A stretch of DNA of 63,809 nucleotides, counting the filler, from Octopus bimaculoides (taxonomy: Eukaryota): assembly GCF_001194135.2 (NCBI RefSeq). It is 7 parts of 7 records of this genome, joined end to end, with 100 filler letters (N's around TTAATTAATTAA, not from the genome) between each part and the next. Parts side by side here need not be neighbours in the genome. Positions count along the whole stretch, not along the records: positions 5,922 to 37,418 come from NC_068981.1; 6 more parts are not named here. One strand, given 5' to 3'. The translations under genes were made by a program, and so were the position numbers. Below, piece by piece: positions 11,957 to 26,865 of the stretch (position 1 is its first letter; each line of letters starts with the position of its first letter). The notes below the pieces were generated by a model, which was not told where the DNA came from, did not search any database, and saw only the letters and a list, made by a program, of their open reading frames with translations.

Positions 11957-12154
11957 TTCTTATCTCGAAGCCGCCAAAGTATATTTAATTCTATTAAGTT
12001 ATTAAATAACTCCTTACCGTGTTTTACAAGAGAGAAAGAAACTAAATATCATTGAGTGTGGACAAAATACAAAATCTGAGGAAATTGGAGGTAACAATTA
12101 TTACCTAACACGCTCGTAAGTGAGGTCAGTAAGTTTTAATGGAGAGCAGCATGA

Positions 12155-12196
12155 CAACCATAACGTTTCGGGTATTTGTACTTCATCTGTGAGGGA
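12155..12196 (-). ncRNA. Second degenerate hammerhead-like motif
   Basis: CAGATGA-A-GTA-CAAA-TAC-CC-GAAACGTT. Confidence 0.4.
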
Positions 12197-12344
12197 AGAA
12201 AAGACAGAAAATGAGAGAGAGAGGGAGAGAATGAGTGTGTGTGCGCGCGGTGGGGGGGGGATGTATTCTTAATTTCGTCGAAGGCGAGTACATTTTGTCT
12301 GTATGTTAATTAAGCATAAAGCAAAATTAATAATACAGTTATTA

Positions 12345-12417
12345 ACCACTATGCCATATGCCCGTGGGTATATGGCGTAGTGGTTAAGAGCGCGGGATAC
12401 TAACAAGATTCCGAGTG
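12345..12417. repeat. Head-to-head pair of the tRNA-like head seen at 9222-9296
   Basis: TTAACCACTATGCCATATGCCC-GT-GGGTATATGGCGTAGTGGTTAAGAGCGCGGGATACTAACAAGATTCCGAGT. Confidence 0.75.
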
Positions 12418-13270
12418 TAAGTGTAATTATTTATCGTAATTATTTATCGTCTGCTCGCTTAACAAGTTCGTATTTGTTTGTAAGGGTTGATTTAGCCTAA
12501 ACCCTGGATTCACAAGAAAGGATGTGCAGATATAGAGCACAGATCAGAGAGGAACAGTGAGAAAATATAAAAAAAAAGAGGAAAAAGACAACACCGATGG
12601 AGACGTGAGGAAATGAATGTAGTCGAACGTCAAGAATATTTAAAGAAAGCTAAACTGTGAATGCCATAAAAATGCAAATCGACCTCTTAACTTTTTCCAT
12701 TCTGTGGAATTTTTATGGGTCGCACTAGTTAATAATAATTTATAAAAATTATTTCTTATTTTGGCACTTGGGTAGCTGAAGTCGATTATTTGGAATGCAA
12801 GGCTCAACTGGTGCTCATTTTATCACTTTTAAAAAATTGAAAGGCGAGATTGATCTCTGTTGAATTTGAACTCAGAACTTAAAGAGCCGGAAGAAATGGA
12901 ACTGGGCACTTTGCATAGCGCAGAAACCATTCAGCCAGCTCACCAACTTGTTATTATGCTTTTTGTCATGTTATCACCAATTTCATAGATATTAGAAAAA
13001 AGATATATGGCGATTGACTCTACACCAGAATATTGCTAAAGGCACTGGATGAATGAAAAACGAAGTGTCAAGCTAGAGAGTCTAAGCTAAATTATGTTTT
13101 TTGAAATTTTGAATAGACTTACTCATTCTGTTGTATATTTATATTCGGATAATTCGAATCCCTGTATTTTTACTGTAGTTTATTTTAGAGAAAAAGGACG
13201 AATAAAAAGACAGTTTCACGCTGGGGAAATTTGAATTTTCATTGTAACTAAATTTTGCGAATTATTTTGT

Positions 13271-13618
13271 TAGGCGTAGCTGTGTGGTTCGAAGTTTGCT
13301 CCCCAACCACAAGGTCCTCGATACAGTTTCATTCTGTAGGACCTTGGGCAAGTGTTTTCTACTATAGCCTCGGACCTACAAAACCTTTGAGTTAACTTGT
13401 TAAGCGGAAAGTGAGAGAATCCCATCGTGTATTTGTGTGTGTTTGCTCCTCTCATCGCTTGAAAACCGGTGTAACTTAGTGGTTTGACAAAAGTGAACCG
13501 ATAAAATATATACTAAGCTTGAGAAAAATGAGTATACGGATCGATACTTTCGACTGAAATTCTTCAATGCGGTACCCCAGCGTAGCGGCACTCCAATGAC
13601 TGAAGCATGTAAAAGGTA
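13271..13618 (+). mobile_element. tRNA-derived SINE family B (CORE-like central part), diverged full copy
   Basis: GCTGTGTGGT..AAGTTTGCT.CCCAACCAC...ACCTTGGGCAAGTGTTTTCTACTATAGCCTCGG and 3' part matching 54056-54260 in reverse. Confidence 0.8.
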
Positions 13619-14711
13619 TTTAAAAAATGGGCTATCGATTCTAGCGATCATTGATCAGTTCCGTAGGAAGAACATTAGAAGTTTCATTCATTCGAACTTA
13701 AAACTATAAGCGTGGAATATCATCTATAACCGTACTGAGCTAACGACATACTTTTGAGAAATCCTGGAAATGATCAAAATCTTAGTACATTTTCAAAATG
13801 CTATCTGTTTGACTGAAACCCCCGAAACAGTTCCCAGTATATGAAATGACAAAAGGAACACAAAAACAATTATTAAACTAAGGATGGAACAGTGACAACG
13901 CCATATAACGCCGATACTAAATTTGAAACGTATAATATTCGTATATTAACAGAAACCAGTAACATATGTGGAAATGATATGTTCCCGACCACAAAAGGAA
14001 AAAGAAACACAATGAAAGAAATACACTAATAAAGTTATGAAGCGAAAGAAAATATATCAGGCACTGAAATAAACACAAGAACACAATGCACAATGAAAAT
14101 AATTCCGAGTAACGGGATACACGCAAGGTTAATAGAAGTATGCAATAAACACCGTAGAGAGATTTACACGCTATTCGAAGAAAGAAAAAAATCCCTTATG
14201 AAACTCAAACATCAAAAACATTGAATTCAGCTATGAAGTGACACGCACCTTTTTTCCTATAAAAACATATATCCAAAACCAAACCAACTCTTAACTATTT
14301 AGAACAAAATGGAGAGGGGAAAATAAATTAACTGCATAATAGCGGAATGGTAAAGATCAATAACATTCATGTTGTTGACTTTGGTTGAAGGAGTTATAAT
14401 CACAGTGCAAAGCCTTGACATGGGAGAGAAGCCATTTTTACAGGTCACAATAAGTAGACGGTGTTAGTAAATAATAGAAAGTTACGACTAGGTTTTAAGG
14501 AATATTCATTCTAGAGAACGAGAAACGGATATGAATATTGCTTGAATATATCAACTGTCCAATTCGTTCCCAGTTGTCATAGCAAAGAAACCCACCTACA
14601 TGCTTATGAAACCAACAAAACCACTGTAAAAGTGCAATGTAAAACTATGCATACGCACATACGCAGGCACACACACGTAGCGTAAATTAAACATAAAAAT
14701 AAACATATATG

Positions 14712-14751
<40 letters not shown>

Positions 14752-15178
14752 GTGTGTGTACATATACTTATGTGATTTCACACACGCATACACACCATAT
14801 ATGTACACACAAACACAGAATTACACCAACACTTACATATATACCATAAATGTATGCATGTATATATGCGTGTGTGTGTGTGTGTGAGAGAGTGAATATG
14901 TATACATATATACGTGTATATATATACGTGTATATNNNNNNNNNNNNNNNNNNNNNNNNNNNNNNNNNNNNNNNNNNNNNNNNNNNNNNNNNNNNNNNNN
15001 NNNNNNNNNNNNNNNNNNNNNNNNNNNNNNNNNNNNNNNNNNNNNNNNNNNNNNNNNNNNNNNNNNNNNNNNNNNNNNNNNNNNNNNNNNNNNNNNNNNN
15101 NNNNNNNNNNNNNNNNNNNNNNNNNNNNNNNNNNNNNNNNNNNNNNNNNNNNNNNNNNNNNNNNNNNNNNNNNNNNNN

Positions 15179-15223
<45 letters not shown>

Positions 15224-16877
15224 ACACTCACGAGATAATCATTAAGATAAAAAGTTGACCTCTGGAATCTGAAATGTCGAACTGCCTCCTGTATTGGAAG
15301 GATAACATGAGCCCGACTAAAATATATTATGTCAGCTTAGTGAATCAAAAGATATGTAATTATTAGCAGAAGCAAAATCACCAGGCTACGATGCTAAGCT
15401 GCGAAGGACGTGAAAATGTATGAGATATCTCTAAAAGGAGTGCTATAGTTTTGAACTCAGTAGTAAAACACTCTACATATAGCTGACAGAAAATCAAAAC
15501 GAAATTGCATTGCATAAAAATAAAGACTAATAAAAAGCCGGGGGGCTTCTTGAAAAATATGTCAAAATACCACGAAACGATGCGTAATAACGTTTGTAAA
15601 TAAAGCAAAAACAAAACAAAATCGGTAAGAGAATGAATATAAATTGAATAAAACACTATCCGAGGTATAAGATATACTTTATAATTGCTTCGCTGTATCT
15701 CATGACATGACTACTTTGGCATTTAAAAATTGCCAAGAAACCATATTGTTATGTGTAAAGACAAACGACTTGTGTTTTCGAACATCGCAGACCCCTGCAA
15801 ATTAATAGCCAAGAGTTTGGTTTGTAAATAACGGCTAATCTCTAACGTACATATTTTCTAACTGACAGGCTACATTTATAGAAAAGAACAGAGGAAAGAT
15901 AAAGAAATATACGAATGATAAATACCAGCTGTTTAAACGTAAGATGGTCAACTGCATATATTATTGCTCAAAGGTTGAGTTCATCTCTATTGAAAGCGGT
16001 TTTTGTGTTTCTGACACAACATTTTATTCTACTTTATCTTAAGTTATCTAATTGTCAGGAGTATTTATCAGCTCAATGCTGAATTAAATTTGCAAAGGCA
16101 GGTGTCTTATCAAAACAACGTCCCTCTCCTCTTAGCAAGGCCTTGCAAACAGAGCTGTGCATTGACCTTCTAGAAACACTACGCTGTTTTTTAGGCACAT
16201 ATATAAAATAACATGTATAAAATAGCATGTTTTTGTGGTTAAAAAGATACAGAACTGTTGTGTAGTTAAGAAGTTCACTTCGCAACCATATAATTCCAGA
16301 TTCGATTCCTCAACGAATTATCCAGGATAGCTGCCTTTTTTTTTCATAGCTCTGGCTCGATGCGTGCCTTGTGAATGAAATTTAGTCAATATAAACTGCA
16401 AAAGTCCGTTGAATATATGTGTGTACCTCTTTTTATTTTATTTCTTTTTTTATTACTTATTATAATTCTTCACCCACAGGAGCTGGTGTCTCAAAAAATA
16501 TCCAAACCTCCATCGCTGAAATTTTGATATCAACGGTTAGTGTCACATGTTGAACCTTAGAAAAATACGTTTACGGGCTGTATTGATGTTTGCAGATTCT
16601 TTTTCTATGCCTTAAAATCTTTGCTTTCCCAAGTTGTCACTAAAACACTTCCTAGCGCAATCAAGTGCTAGAGTAGACAAGCTGCAATTTTAGATGCAGC
16701 TGCCCAGAACTTGTTCCTCTCTCTTTGATTTTGGAAAAGATGTTCAGATCTGCAGATCAGCTGAACTCTGTGACTGTATATATAATTCCTTTCATCTCGA
16801 ATAACTATACTAGGTGTTTTAAAATAATGTTTGATAGAAGTGTTTCACCAGTATTCCTTATCTAGATATGTATAGAC

Positions 16878-17028
16878 GAAGGCGTGGCTCTGTGGTAAGA
16901 AACACGCTTCCCAACCACAAGATTTTGGATTCAGTCCCACTGCATGCCATTTTGGGTAAGTGTCTTCTACTATAGACCAAAGGCTTGAGAGTGGATTTGT
17001 TAGACGGAAAATGCAAAGAGCCTGTAAG

Positions 17029-17030
<2 letters not shown>
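16878..17030 (+). mobile_element. SINE family B, 5' half ending in (AT)n
   Basis: GTGGTAAGA..CGCTTCCCAACCAC..GGATTCAGTCCCACTGC...AAGTGTCTTCTACTATAG. Confidence 0.8.
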
Positions 17031-17066
<36 letters not shown>

Positions 17067-17259
17067 ATAACGAGAACTTTAGCATGGAAATTCATTAATC
17101 ATTTAATGCTTTGCTACGTGCGTTCCCACGAACCGCATGTTTGTGTTGCTGCATTTACCATTCATAGGTTATTAGAAATATGATTTGCAATATCCCTGGA
17201 TTGTAGGTGTATCCATTAACACAATGTGATGGGGACCATATCTTTTCAACAGAAAAACA

Positions 17260-17900
17260 GCAATAGCAAAAGCGATTTGGATTTTAAAGAAAATCTGAAG
17301 AAAGATTTCAAGTCCCCAAACAATCCACTAGCAAATAGAGACTTAGCACCTTTTCAGGAGGGACTGTTTAATATCAATTGGAATATCAAATTCAGAAAAT
17401 ACGCAAAGAAACACAACTAGCACCAACGAAAGCTCAACGAATGACTCAGGACATTCAGGAAGTCATCTGGAATATTGGTACCAGCAGACAAAACTGAACT
17501 GGTAACCTTTATAATGCTGATATTAATATCCATAACGATTTTATAACTAAACTAATGATTAGTAAATAAAAGCACACATCACATGATACATTAAATAGAA
17601 TAAATAGGAAGGGGATTTAAATAGTTAAATAGTTAGAAATAGAGGATAGAACATGATCAATATGTACCTAGCTCAACTAGAATAAGCCTAAAAGACGATT
17701 ACTTCTTAGTAAACCGCTCTGTACGACTAATACGCCCATCCAAATCGGATACAGGTAGAATTAACAAAAGAATAATAGATAGAATTAAACCGAAATTAAA
17801 GTGATTAAGTAAACTCAAATTATGATCTAACACTGCGGAAGTAATTACATGGTTTAATAACTCAGAGAACAAAAAGCAGACTAAATTCATACAACCCAAT
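17260..17900 (+). mobile_element. Penelope-like reverse transcriptase fragments
   Basis: LFNI.WNIKFRKY...QRKLNE...RKSSGILVPADKT; SVRLIRPSKSDTGRINKRIIDRI...NTAEVITWFNN.ENK..TKFIQ. Confidence 0.7.
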
Positions 17901-18809
17901 AAATTCAGTAGTCTTAAACAAGACGTTTTTATTCCCCCAAAACGTCAGGCCTTGTGCCTATAGGAGAAAAGATTATTATCATTCTTCTCAAGTTTAAGGG
18001 AAACAAGTATATGCATAACCTTTTTATGTGGTAATCAGTATGTTTCTTTCCCAGATCTTGAGTTTCACACGAGAGATCATCTGCGAATGAGTACACCTTG
18101 AGAAGTTCACTACCGATCCACACTATGTTATTAATTTCAATTCTAAATCGTTGGTTACAGTATTTATTTTTGCTACTGTTGTTTAGCAGATGTTGTGTGA
18201 ATGATATATCGCACGGCGATCTGTACTCGGCTCAACCTCATCTGATAACTTTGTACCTTTTGTAGAGTCCAGCCGATTGCAAACAAACTATCTGGTTCGT
18301 AGATACCTTGCTCCTCTCATCTGTCACGGAGAACTGTGAACATTTTTCTAGGGACTGTTCTTCTCACCCCGACTAAGCGTAAACTTCTCCCCCACATCAA
18401 TAAGTCAGACTCATTCTCCACAAATATTGTTTGTTGACATCAAGGAAATATACTTCAAACATTCATTAACAATAAAAAAAATATTATCCAGAATTTCTAA
18501 ATTATTGCCATTAATATAACGTCAGCGATAACAATAACAAACAGATTCTGCCAAACAACCAACTATTTTACTGAATAAATAACAACGAAGCGAGTACCTA
18601 AAATGTAATAATAGATCTAACAAGTGGTGGAAATGGCTTTGTTTGCGATAACCACTTATATTTGTGACTCTCAGTTAAAATAATATGATATTTTTATTCA
18701 TGTTTATATTATGCTTTCAGTATAAGAGCCACTTGTGCTTTTCGGAATTCACAGGTCTCTTTCATTTCATAATGACTGTCATATATGACAATCACTATGT
18801 ATACTAACA

Positions 18810-18868
<59 letters not shown>

Positions 18869-18912
18869 TTATGATATATATGTTTATATATGTATATATA
18901 TTTCTACATGTA

Positions 18913-18943
<31 letters not shown>

Positions 18944-18988
18944 TGTATAAGTGTATATACGTATATACATACATATATGTTTATGTAT

Positions 18989-19026
<38 letters not shown>

Positions 19027-19460
19027 GCACATGCACACATACACACAAACACACACATATACATATATAAATATATAATTCTTATATTTGTGATATATTA
19101 CTACTAAACTCCTATGTACTGATAGAAGTATACATTTTAATGAAGTTTCAGCTGAGTTGGAGAAACTATAAATTAGCCATCATACACGAATAAACTTTAA
19201 AAAGCTTCAAAGGCATCTGAAAGATCAATTACTATTTTAAATGTCTTGCAATAATTTATCAAAAGCTGAAAAACATGATAGAATACAACAAATAGTTAAG
19301 ATGGCGTTCTCATGCTTACGAACAAAGTATTAACGCGGCAACATCGGATTTCATACAGATGCACTCGTAACAACAATTACAGTAGAACCTCAGTTTTCGG
19401 ACAACACTGATCACGAATAAATTGTACTTTATCTCCTGTCTTTCTCATATTTATTTAATA

Positions 19461-19512
19461 CAGTAGTACCTCGGTTTACGAACGCCTCTCATCACGAATA
19501 AATCGTGCTTTA

Positions 19513-19584
<72 letters not shown>

Positions 19585-19696
19585 CACACACANNNNNNNN
19601 NNCACACACACACACACACACACATATAAATGTATATATATATATAAAGCACGATTTATTCGCGATCAGAGTTGTTCGAAAACTGAGGTACGACTG
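19461..19696. mobile_element. Tigger/pogo-type MITE with ~55-bp TIRs around a (TCTA)n(CA)n core
   Basis: TA|CAGTAGTACCTCGGTTT...CGAATAAATCGTGCTTTA and its inverse ...CGACTG|TA; extra left end at 19380-19427. Confidence 0.8.
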
Positions 19697-22600
19697 TATT
19701 TGCAAAGATTTTTATAAAGAGTAGAATAATTTCATACTAAAGCATTAAAAAGCAGTAACATACAACATGCATACTTGAACGCTTTATTTTGAATACTGAT
19801 ATTCCTTGTAAAGTACAAAAACTCAATATTCCACCAGTGGAGAATTTTAAAGTAATTATAGTTTTATCGTTTATTCAGTGGAAAATGGCAAACTCTATTA
19901 TTTTTAAGGCCTCTCAATCTTGTGGACGAGAGTAATGAAGTTTTCTCAAATCCGACTTGCAATGGAAAACAATCTGATAACATATCCAAAATATTAACAG
20001 TAATATTAAATTGGGGGACTGATTAGTTTTATTATTCAAGAAGTTCGTGAAGGAATTTGAACTCAGAACGCAAAGAGCGGGAACGTATATCGTAAAAAAT
20101 CTAGCTCAACGTGTTTACTGTTTCGCTAATCCACCAGATTGGGGTCCTACTTTTTTTCGATCTTGACATGATGAAAGGCAAAACTGACCTCAACGAGGTT
20201 TGAACTCAAAGTGGAGAGAATCAGAAGAAATAGTCGTTGTCGCCATTGTTGCTTAGTCCCGCTCCTTTCTCAATAAATATACTATAATCAAATGTTTTCT
20301 TTTCTTGGATCTGGCATCGCTTTTGTTTTAATCATAGAGCATTTACAACTGCTGTATTTATTGCTCCGGTTCGTAAAAATCATATGATATGGTTTTCGGG
20401 ACATATCTGAGCAGGCCCGTTAGTCCACCTGTTCCAGACTCCTAAGGCTGTACGTTTAAACTGGTACATGTTCATATCAGACTTAAAATAGACCTATACA
20501 TGAATAGATTTACAATCATATGCAGTTATGAGGATTAATTTGTGAGCAAAGGTTTTAGTACATATTTTTGACGTAGGTGGGTGAAACACTGATATATAGC
20601 AAGAATGGTGAGAGAAAGAAAAAGTGGGGGATTCGAGAGGCAGAAACTGTTCCAATGCTGGCTGGCGATAGGACATAGGCGTCGAGCGTGATAGTTGGCG
20701 TCGTGACTTTTAATTAAAGAAAATTTGTGTATCAGTCGCATAGTTATCAGTAGGTTTAGTTTTGGATGTTCGTGCAATTGACCGGTACAATATCTCAGAT
20801 GTATCAATAGTATTCTTAAAATTAGTTCTACATTTAACAATTGAAAACCAGTTTTGTTATATTGAGATGAAAACAATTGTATACATTGAAATGTTTACCT
20901 TGAATGTAAAGACAGATGATAAGTTACGTATTGTTCATCCAAACTCGTAGAAGTCCTAAACGGTTAAGGAGTAAGGTCATTAATTATTTCAGTTTGATTA
21001 TTCGACACTAATACAAGTGCTTTCATTTGCTTTGTTATTTCTTTTGCATTACACACATTTACTAATCCATCAAACGGGAAAAAATGCTAATCTTATTTTT
21101 AATATAACACTAAACCTCCTTATCATCATTTCGTAGTAATTCTAGTGATATTATTTACTTGGAGACTTTTTTTACTTGATTAGTTTTGCTTTTTTCTACA
21201 TATACTCAAATCGCTGTATCTCTACGAACAGTAAAATACGCCTTTGAATATGCCCTTGTTTCTTTACTCCCGATAGAGTCTCTGGCATCAGTGTGGAGGA
21301 CGTGTCAAACGGTATTTGGTAAAACAAACAAACAAAAACATTTAAGCAAATGCGCTTGGTATCTTTTCGCTTGATTTTATTTTCTGGTACTCGTGAACAT
21401 TTTTTATTTACTTCACTTACTAGTTCAATGAATTTGAAATAGATAGTCCTCTCTTATTTATAAACAAAGCCACGCAGTTTTGGGAGAGATGTGAGATCAT
21501 ATGTTACTCATTATTTTCTTGAAGGAATACAGAGAAATAGCAGAATTGTTAGCGCCTCGGGAAAACGCTTAGCGGCACTTCTTCCACCTCTTTACGTTCT
21601 GCGTCCAAATTTAACCGAGGTAGACTTTGCATTTATCCTTTCTGGGTTGATAAAATATATACCATTGAAATACTGAAGTTTCATGTAGTCTAATAATACC
21701 ATCCCACTAAAATTGCTGGATTTCTGTCAAATTTTGAAACCATTATATTCTCAAAGGTGCACAAGCTTATTGGATCCAAATGGAACCGAAACACTACTAT
21801 TGCTTCTGGTACTGCTACGTTACTCGAAAGCTCTGATTACGTCCGTGTTACCTTCTTGACAATAATACTTGATAAATATCGCCTAAGTTTCTTTAAATGT
21901 GGTTAAGGCTTTCCAATATGCTGAAATGGGAAGAAGATGAAATTGCGAATGAAAAGCACCAAACGTAAACTGTTCAATTGACAGCTTATCGAATTAGAAT
22001 AATTATATGAAGATAATTCCTACAGATTCGCAGAAACACTTTAAACTTAATAAAATCATAACTGAAGAAATAAACAAGATATGAGAATATTATCCCTGTA
22101 TAAATAATTAAACACATGAAAATGAACAAGTTGAGAGAAATAGCGAGAAAGCAAATTATTTAAAGGAAACTGAAAATGAAGTAGAATCTTCAGGAAATTT
22201 TAATTAAAAATTACAAACATTATTGACAGGTTTTTTTTTCTATATGTAACACTTATTTATATTGTTCTTATGTTGCAAATATTTCCATTAATTTATTCCA
22301 CTGGAATTTCTCGACAAGTTGCAACGTCGTATTGCGAAGTTTCTATAATATTTCTATCAATAGTTTTAGTATGCGGCTACAGTAATGTAGTAAAAAGTAA
22401 AATTAAAACGAAGGATAACTTGTTGTTTTGACAGTAACTATAATTTTAAGGAGTTCCAAAGTAGAAGGTAAAGAAGTGAGATAATTTTAAAGGATATATA
22501 TTACTATTTGCTGGTACACCATGATTAGAGAATATGTAGAAATATCAAAATATTTACAACGGATTCTGAGCAAAGCATTTCACCAAAATAACTACAAGAT

Positions 22601-25221
22601 ACTATAAAATCTTTTCCGCTAAAATCACAAAATCTGAAATTTTGGGGAAGGGGTTAAGTCGATTATATCGACCCCAGTACTCAGCTGGTACTTAATTTAT
22701 CGACCCCAAAAGGAAGCGAGGCAAAGTTGACCTCGGCGGAATTTAAACTCAGAACGTAGCGACGGGAGAAATACTGCTAAGTATTTCGTCCAGTGCACTA
22801 ACGATTCTGCCAGCTCACCGCCTTACAGAATACTATTTAATGAGAAGAGAGTAGGTAGAGACCAGTTTCTCCAGCTTGATGGATTATGACAATAATGCTA
22901 AATAAATAAAAAGTACGAGAAAATAGATACTGAGATTATAGTTAAACACTCTATAGCAGTTAAGGAATTGTTCGTTTATTATGCATCTTAGAGTTCATAT
23001 AGTGTGTCAAAGAATACAATCTTACCGAACACAGCCGCTATTAGGCAAAAGACGGGCTGTGGAAATAGTAAATAGAAGTGAAGTGAACCGAAAAATTTCA
23101 ATTAGGACTCAAACTTCCAAACTAATAATTCTTAAGCCAAATATATGTAACATAGAATACTCCATGTTATGAGAGAGAAAATTGATATGAAACTACCATA
23201 CAAAACAAAACAGAAAACGTTTGAAAATGAATGTAATGCAGTTTAAAAGATAATTTAATAATTTCAAAGTAGACCAGTCATGCCCAAGATAAATGATATC
23301 GGAAAGAAAGAGGCTCAAAAATAACATGCACTAAAATCGTACGAAATATACAAGTATTTCGAAATCTGTATGAAAAGTGTTTAATAAGTGAAATCTGAAA
23401 TCCTGAAATCCAAGCTTCTATGAAAATTAGAGAAAGTTTTAAACTAAAATAGAAGAACTTGAACCCATACCTTATTCCCAAGCTCTGTATATTCTGGTAA
23501 AAATATAGGATACTGATTAACGACAACTCGATACCTATTTAAATTCAGGAGTTTAAATAAATAAATATATAAACCGACGAAATTGGTGTGCGATAATAAT
23601 TGCAACAGAGGATAGTATTTGGTGTAATCGGTTCGGTAAAGAATAATATTGATTTATAACGTTGACAACAGACCATATATGTATAATGGAGGTGTGTGAT
23701 TGACTTAATTCTCCTATTACTTATTACTAGTACATATTTTAACGAAACTGGTAGTAAGTAAATATTAAGGTCTAATGTAGACACGAGCTGTCAAACTTGG
23801 GTAATAATATAGTTTGCCTTTTTTTTTGGCTTTTGTTTTTAATCATTTATTGAGCTCGTATGAATTTGAAATGAAAACAGAAGAGGCCATAAATAAATAA
23901 CACAACGTATTTAGTATAATGCTTCAAACGATCCCGCTGAAATATTTCAAGGAATTTAGCTCTCGCTTTATTGTTTCTGCTATTTCATTACCTCCAACGA
24001 ATAATTTCAATTTTAAGCACAAGTTGAAAATTAAACAGATGAAATCAACTTCAGAGGAGTGACAGCTGAAGACACCCAATGGGGGTCTGAACTTATAACA
24101 TAAGTAAACGAAACTAAATATTGCAAGTGCAAAGTCGTTTTTGTTATGAAAGGTAAAGTTGACGTTAATTGGATTGGAAGTCATTAAAGCGCTGAAACAA
24201 ATGCAGAAGACATTTAAAAACTGTTTCTAAACCAGGAACAAGGCCCACAATTGGGCCGCGGTATAGTCAATTACACCGATCTTGGTTCTTCAGTAGTGCG
24301 TTATTTAAGGGGTCCTTGGAAGGATACGAACTTACAAAGGAAGGAGATACATCTAAAATCTACAAGTTATTTCACTTGACGTCCTTCTAATTTTAACAAT
24401 TCACCACCCAAACAATTCTTTCTAATTTTCGTATATGCAATTTTAAGGTGTGTGTGGGTGTTGGCGGGGGAAGTTGATTAAATCAATTCTCCTAAGTTCT
24501 TCATTGCGGACAGGATGAGTGAAAAAGTCAACCTCGACGGAATTTGAACGTAAAGAGCCGGAAGAAATGCTGCTAAACATTTTGTCCAATGTGGTGACGA
24601 TTCTGCCAAGTCAACGCCTTAATTTACCTTAATTGATAATGAGAAAAATAACAATAATGAATGTTATAATCACTAGATGGAAACAATTTTCAACTCATAC
24701 ACAACTGAAATATGAATATGTGTGCATTCATTTTTAACACGATATTGGACACTAGAATGAGAAAGGCAAAATCATGTCATAACACCGTATCAGGTAATCT
24801 AGTGATGTCACTAAAAGCTCGTTTGGATGTGTTTTTATACACAAAGTCTATAGAGAGAAACTTTCCTCCGAGCGAAAATCCCACATCGAATGTCCTTCAC
24901 ATGTTAATGTATAGGATTGTAATAAATTTTATATTGACCTTACTGTTCAGTGTGTTTGTACGAAAATAGTTCCATATCTAGAAATGTTTACAAATAAATT
25001 GCATTCTCAGAAGTATTTCAGTCACAAGCAACTCGTATATTTTTTATCTACTCAAATCTCTTCAGCCTAGAAGGATACGTTTGTAACATGTTTTTATGCA
25101 CGTTTTTCCCTGAGTATTTGCTGAAACACACATCGGGTAAATCTTTAACCAGAACACTCCAGGTTTCTGTGCCGAACTGTGCTTTATCTGAAGTTAATTT
25201 GTGATAAGTTACTCAGAAGAA

Positions 25222-25548
25222 GGTGCATGAATGCAGTGGTTAGAGCGCTGGGCTCACAATAATGAAGTAATGAGTTCGATTCCCGGACCGGGCCGTGTGT
25301 TGTGTTCTTCCCCAAGATACTTTATTTCACATTGCTCCAGTTCACTCAGCTGTAGAAATGAGTTGCAATGTCACTGGTGCCAAGCCAAGTTGGCCTTTGC
25401 CTTTCCCTTGGTTAACATCAGTGGCGTGGAGCGAGGAGGCTGGTATGCATGGGTGACTGTTAGTCTTCCATAAACAATCTTGCCCAGACTTGTGCCAAGG
25501 AGGGAAACTTTCCAAGTGCAATCCCATGCTCATTCGTGACCGAAGGTT
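25222..25548 (+). mobile_element. tRNA-derived SINE
   Basis: CAGTGGTTAGAGCG (A box), GAGTTCGATTCCC (B box); central part shared with 3565-3890. Confidence 0.82.
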
Positions 25549-26704
25549 TTTTTAAAATCTTTACTCTGTACGATACTAACAGCAATCTGAAGGCAATTTT
25601 ATCTGGTACGACCTAGGGATATTGTTCTTTAGGCACAAATCAGTCATATGAAATAGACCTATGATCCAAGGCGCTAAAATTATGACATCTCCATATAATT
25701 TTTGCGACTTAATATATGAAGGACATTAGTATCAAATTTGTTGAGTTGTTTGAAAAGCAGTGAAGTGTAATTTGATGGAGATGTGGCTGTTATTGCTAGC
25801 GGCTGGAGCGATTACAAAAAGGATCCTTAATGTTACATTGTGAATGACAAAATTTATTCAAATAATAGTAAAACATTCAATTAGAACAAGTATATATGAA
25901 TAACTTTTGTAAAAGCGACGTAACTTAGGCAACAAACAGGATATTTCCCCTACAAGATAAACACGATTGTTTATTGCCAGAAATACGAACGGCCTGAAAA
26001 CTATCGAGTTTCCCAAATATCAATGAACTAGTTCTAAATGGTGCAAGGTTTGTACCATTCAACAAATGCGGAAAAAATATGTAAGTTGTAACATTTCTAA
26101 GAAGGAAACTATTGATGAGTAGGGGATTTGTCGATGACATCGATCTCAGCCATATTTGAACATGGCCCGTTAAATCGGACGAAATGCCACTAAGCATTCT
26201 GATTCTGTCAGTTCTTCGTTTTATTCTTCCAACTTTTAATTCATTCTACTATAGACACAAGTCAATTTGACTTTCGGGGGAGTGGGGCTAGCAGATTAAT
26301 CGACCTCAGTGTTCATCTGAATTGTACTTAGTTGATCGATCCCGCCAAATAGAAGGCAAATTAGACCTGGGCGGTATTTTAGCTGTGCACGTAAATGAAT
26401 ATAGAGTGCAGCTGAGCATTTTGTTCAGCGTGCTAACGATTCTACCTGATCACCACTTTATTCTTCCAACTCATAATAAAAACAATTTATATCACTCGCA
26501 TTTAAAACGGTATTGGTTTGCTGAATCGACACAAATGCAACACTGATGATTAGTTCGTCGACTGCGAAAGGAATGGATAGGAAAAGCAATTTCGGTGGGA
26601 GTTGAACTTAAAGCCTTAAGAGATGCAATTAAATTCTGTATTACATTAAGTTCGACGCTCGAGTGATTCTGCCACTCCATCGCTTTAAATATCACGACAG
26701 AAAC

Positions 26705-26865
<161 letters not shown>

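Noticed and set aside
17929-18150. YSFADDL RT-like motif on the minus strand
   Set aside because: Possibly a LINE remnant, but flanking RT motifs could not be recovered
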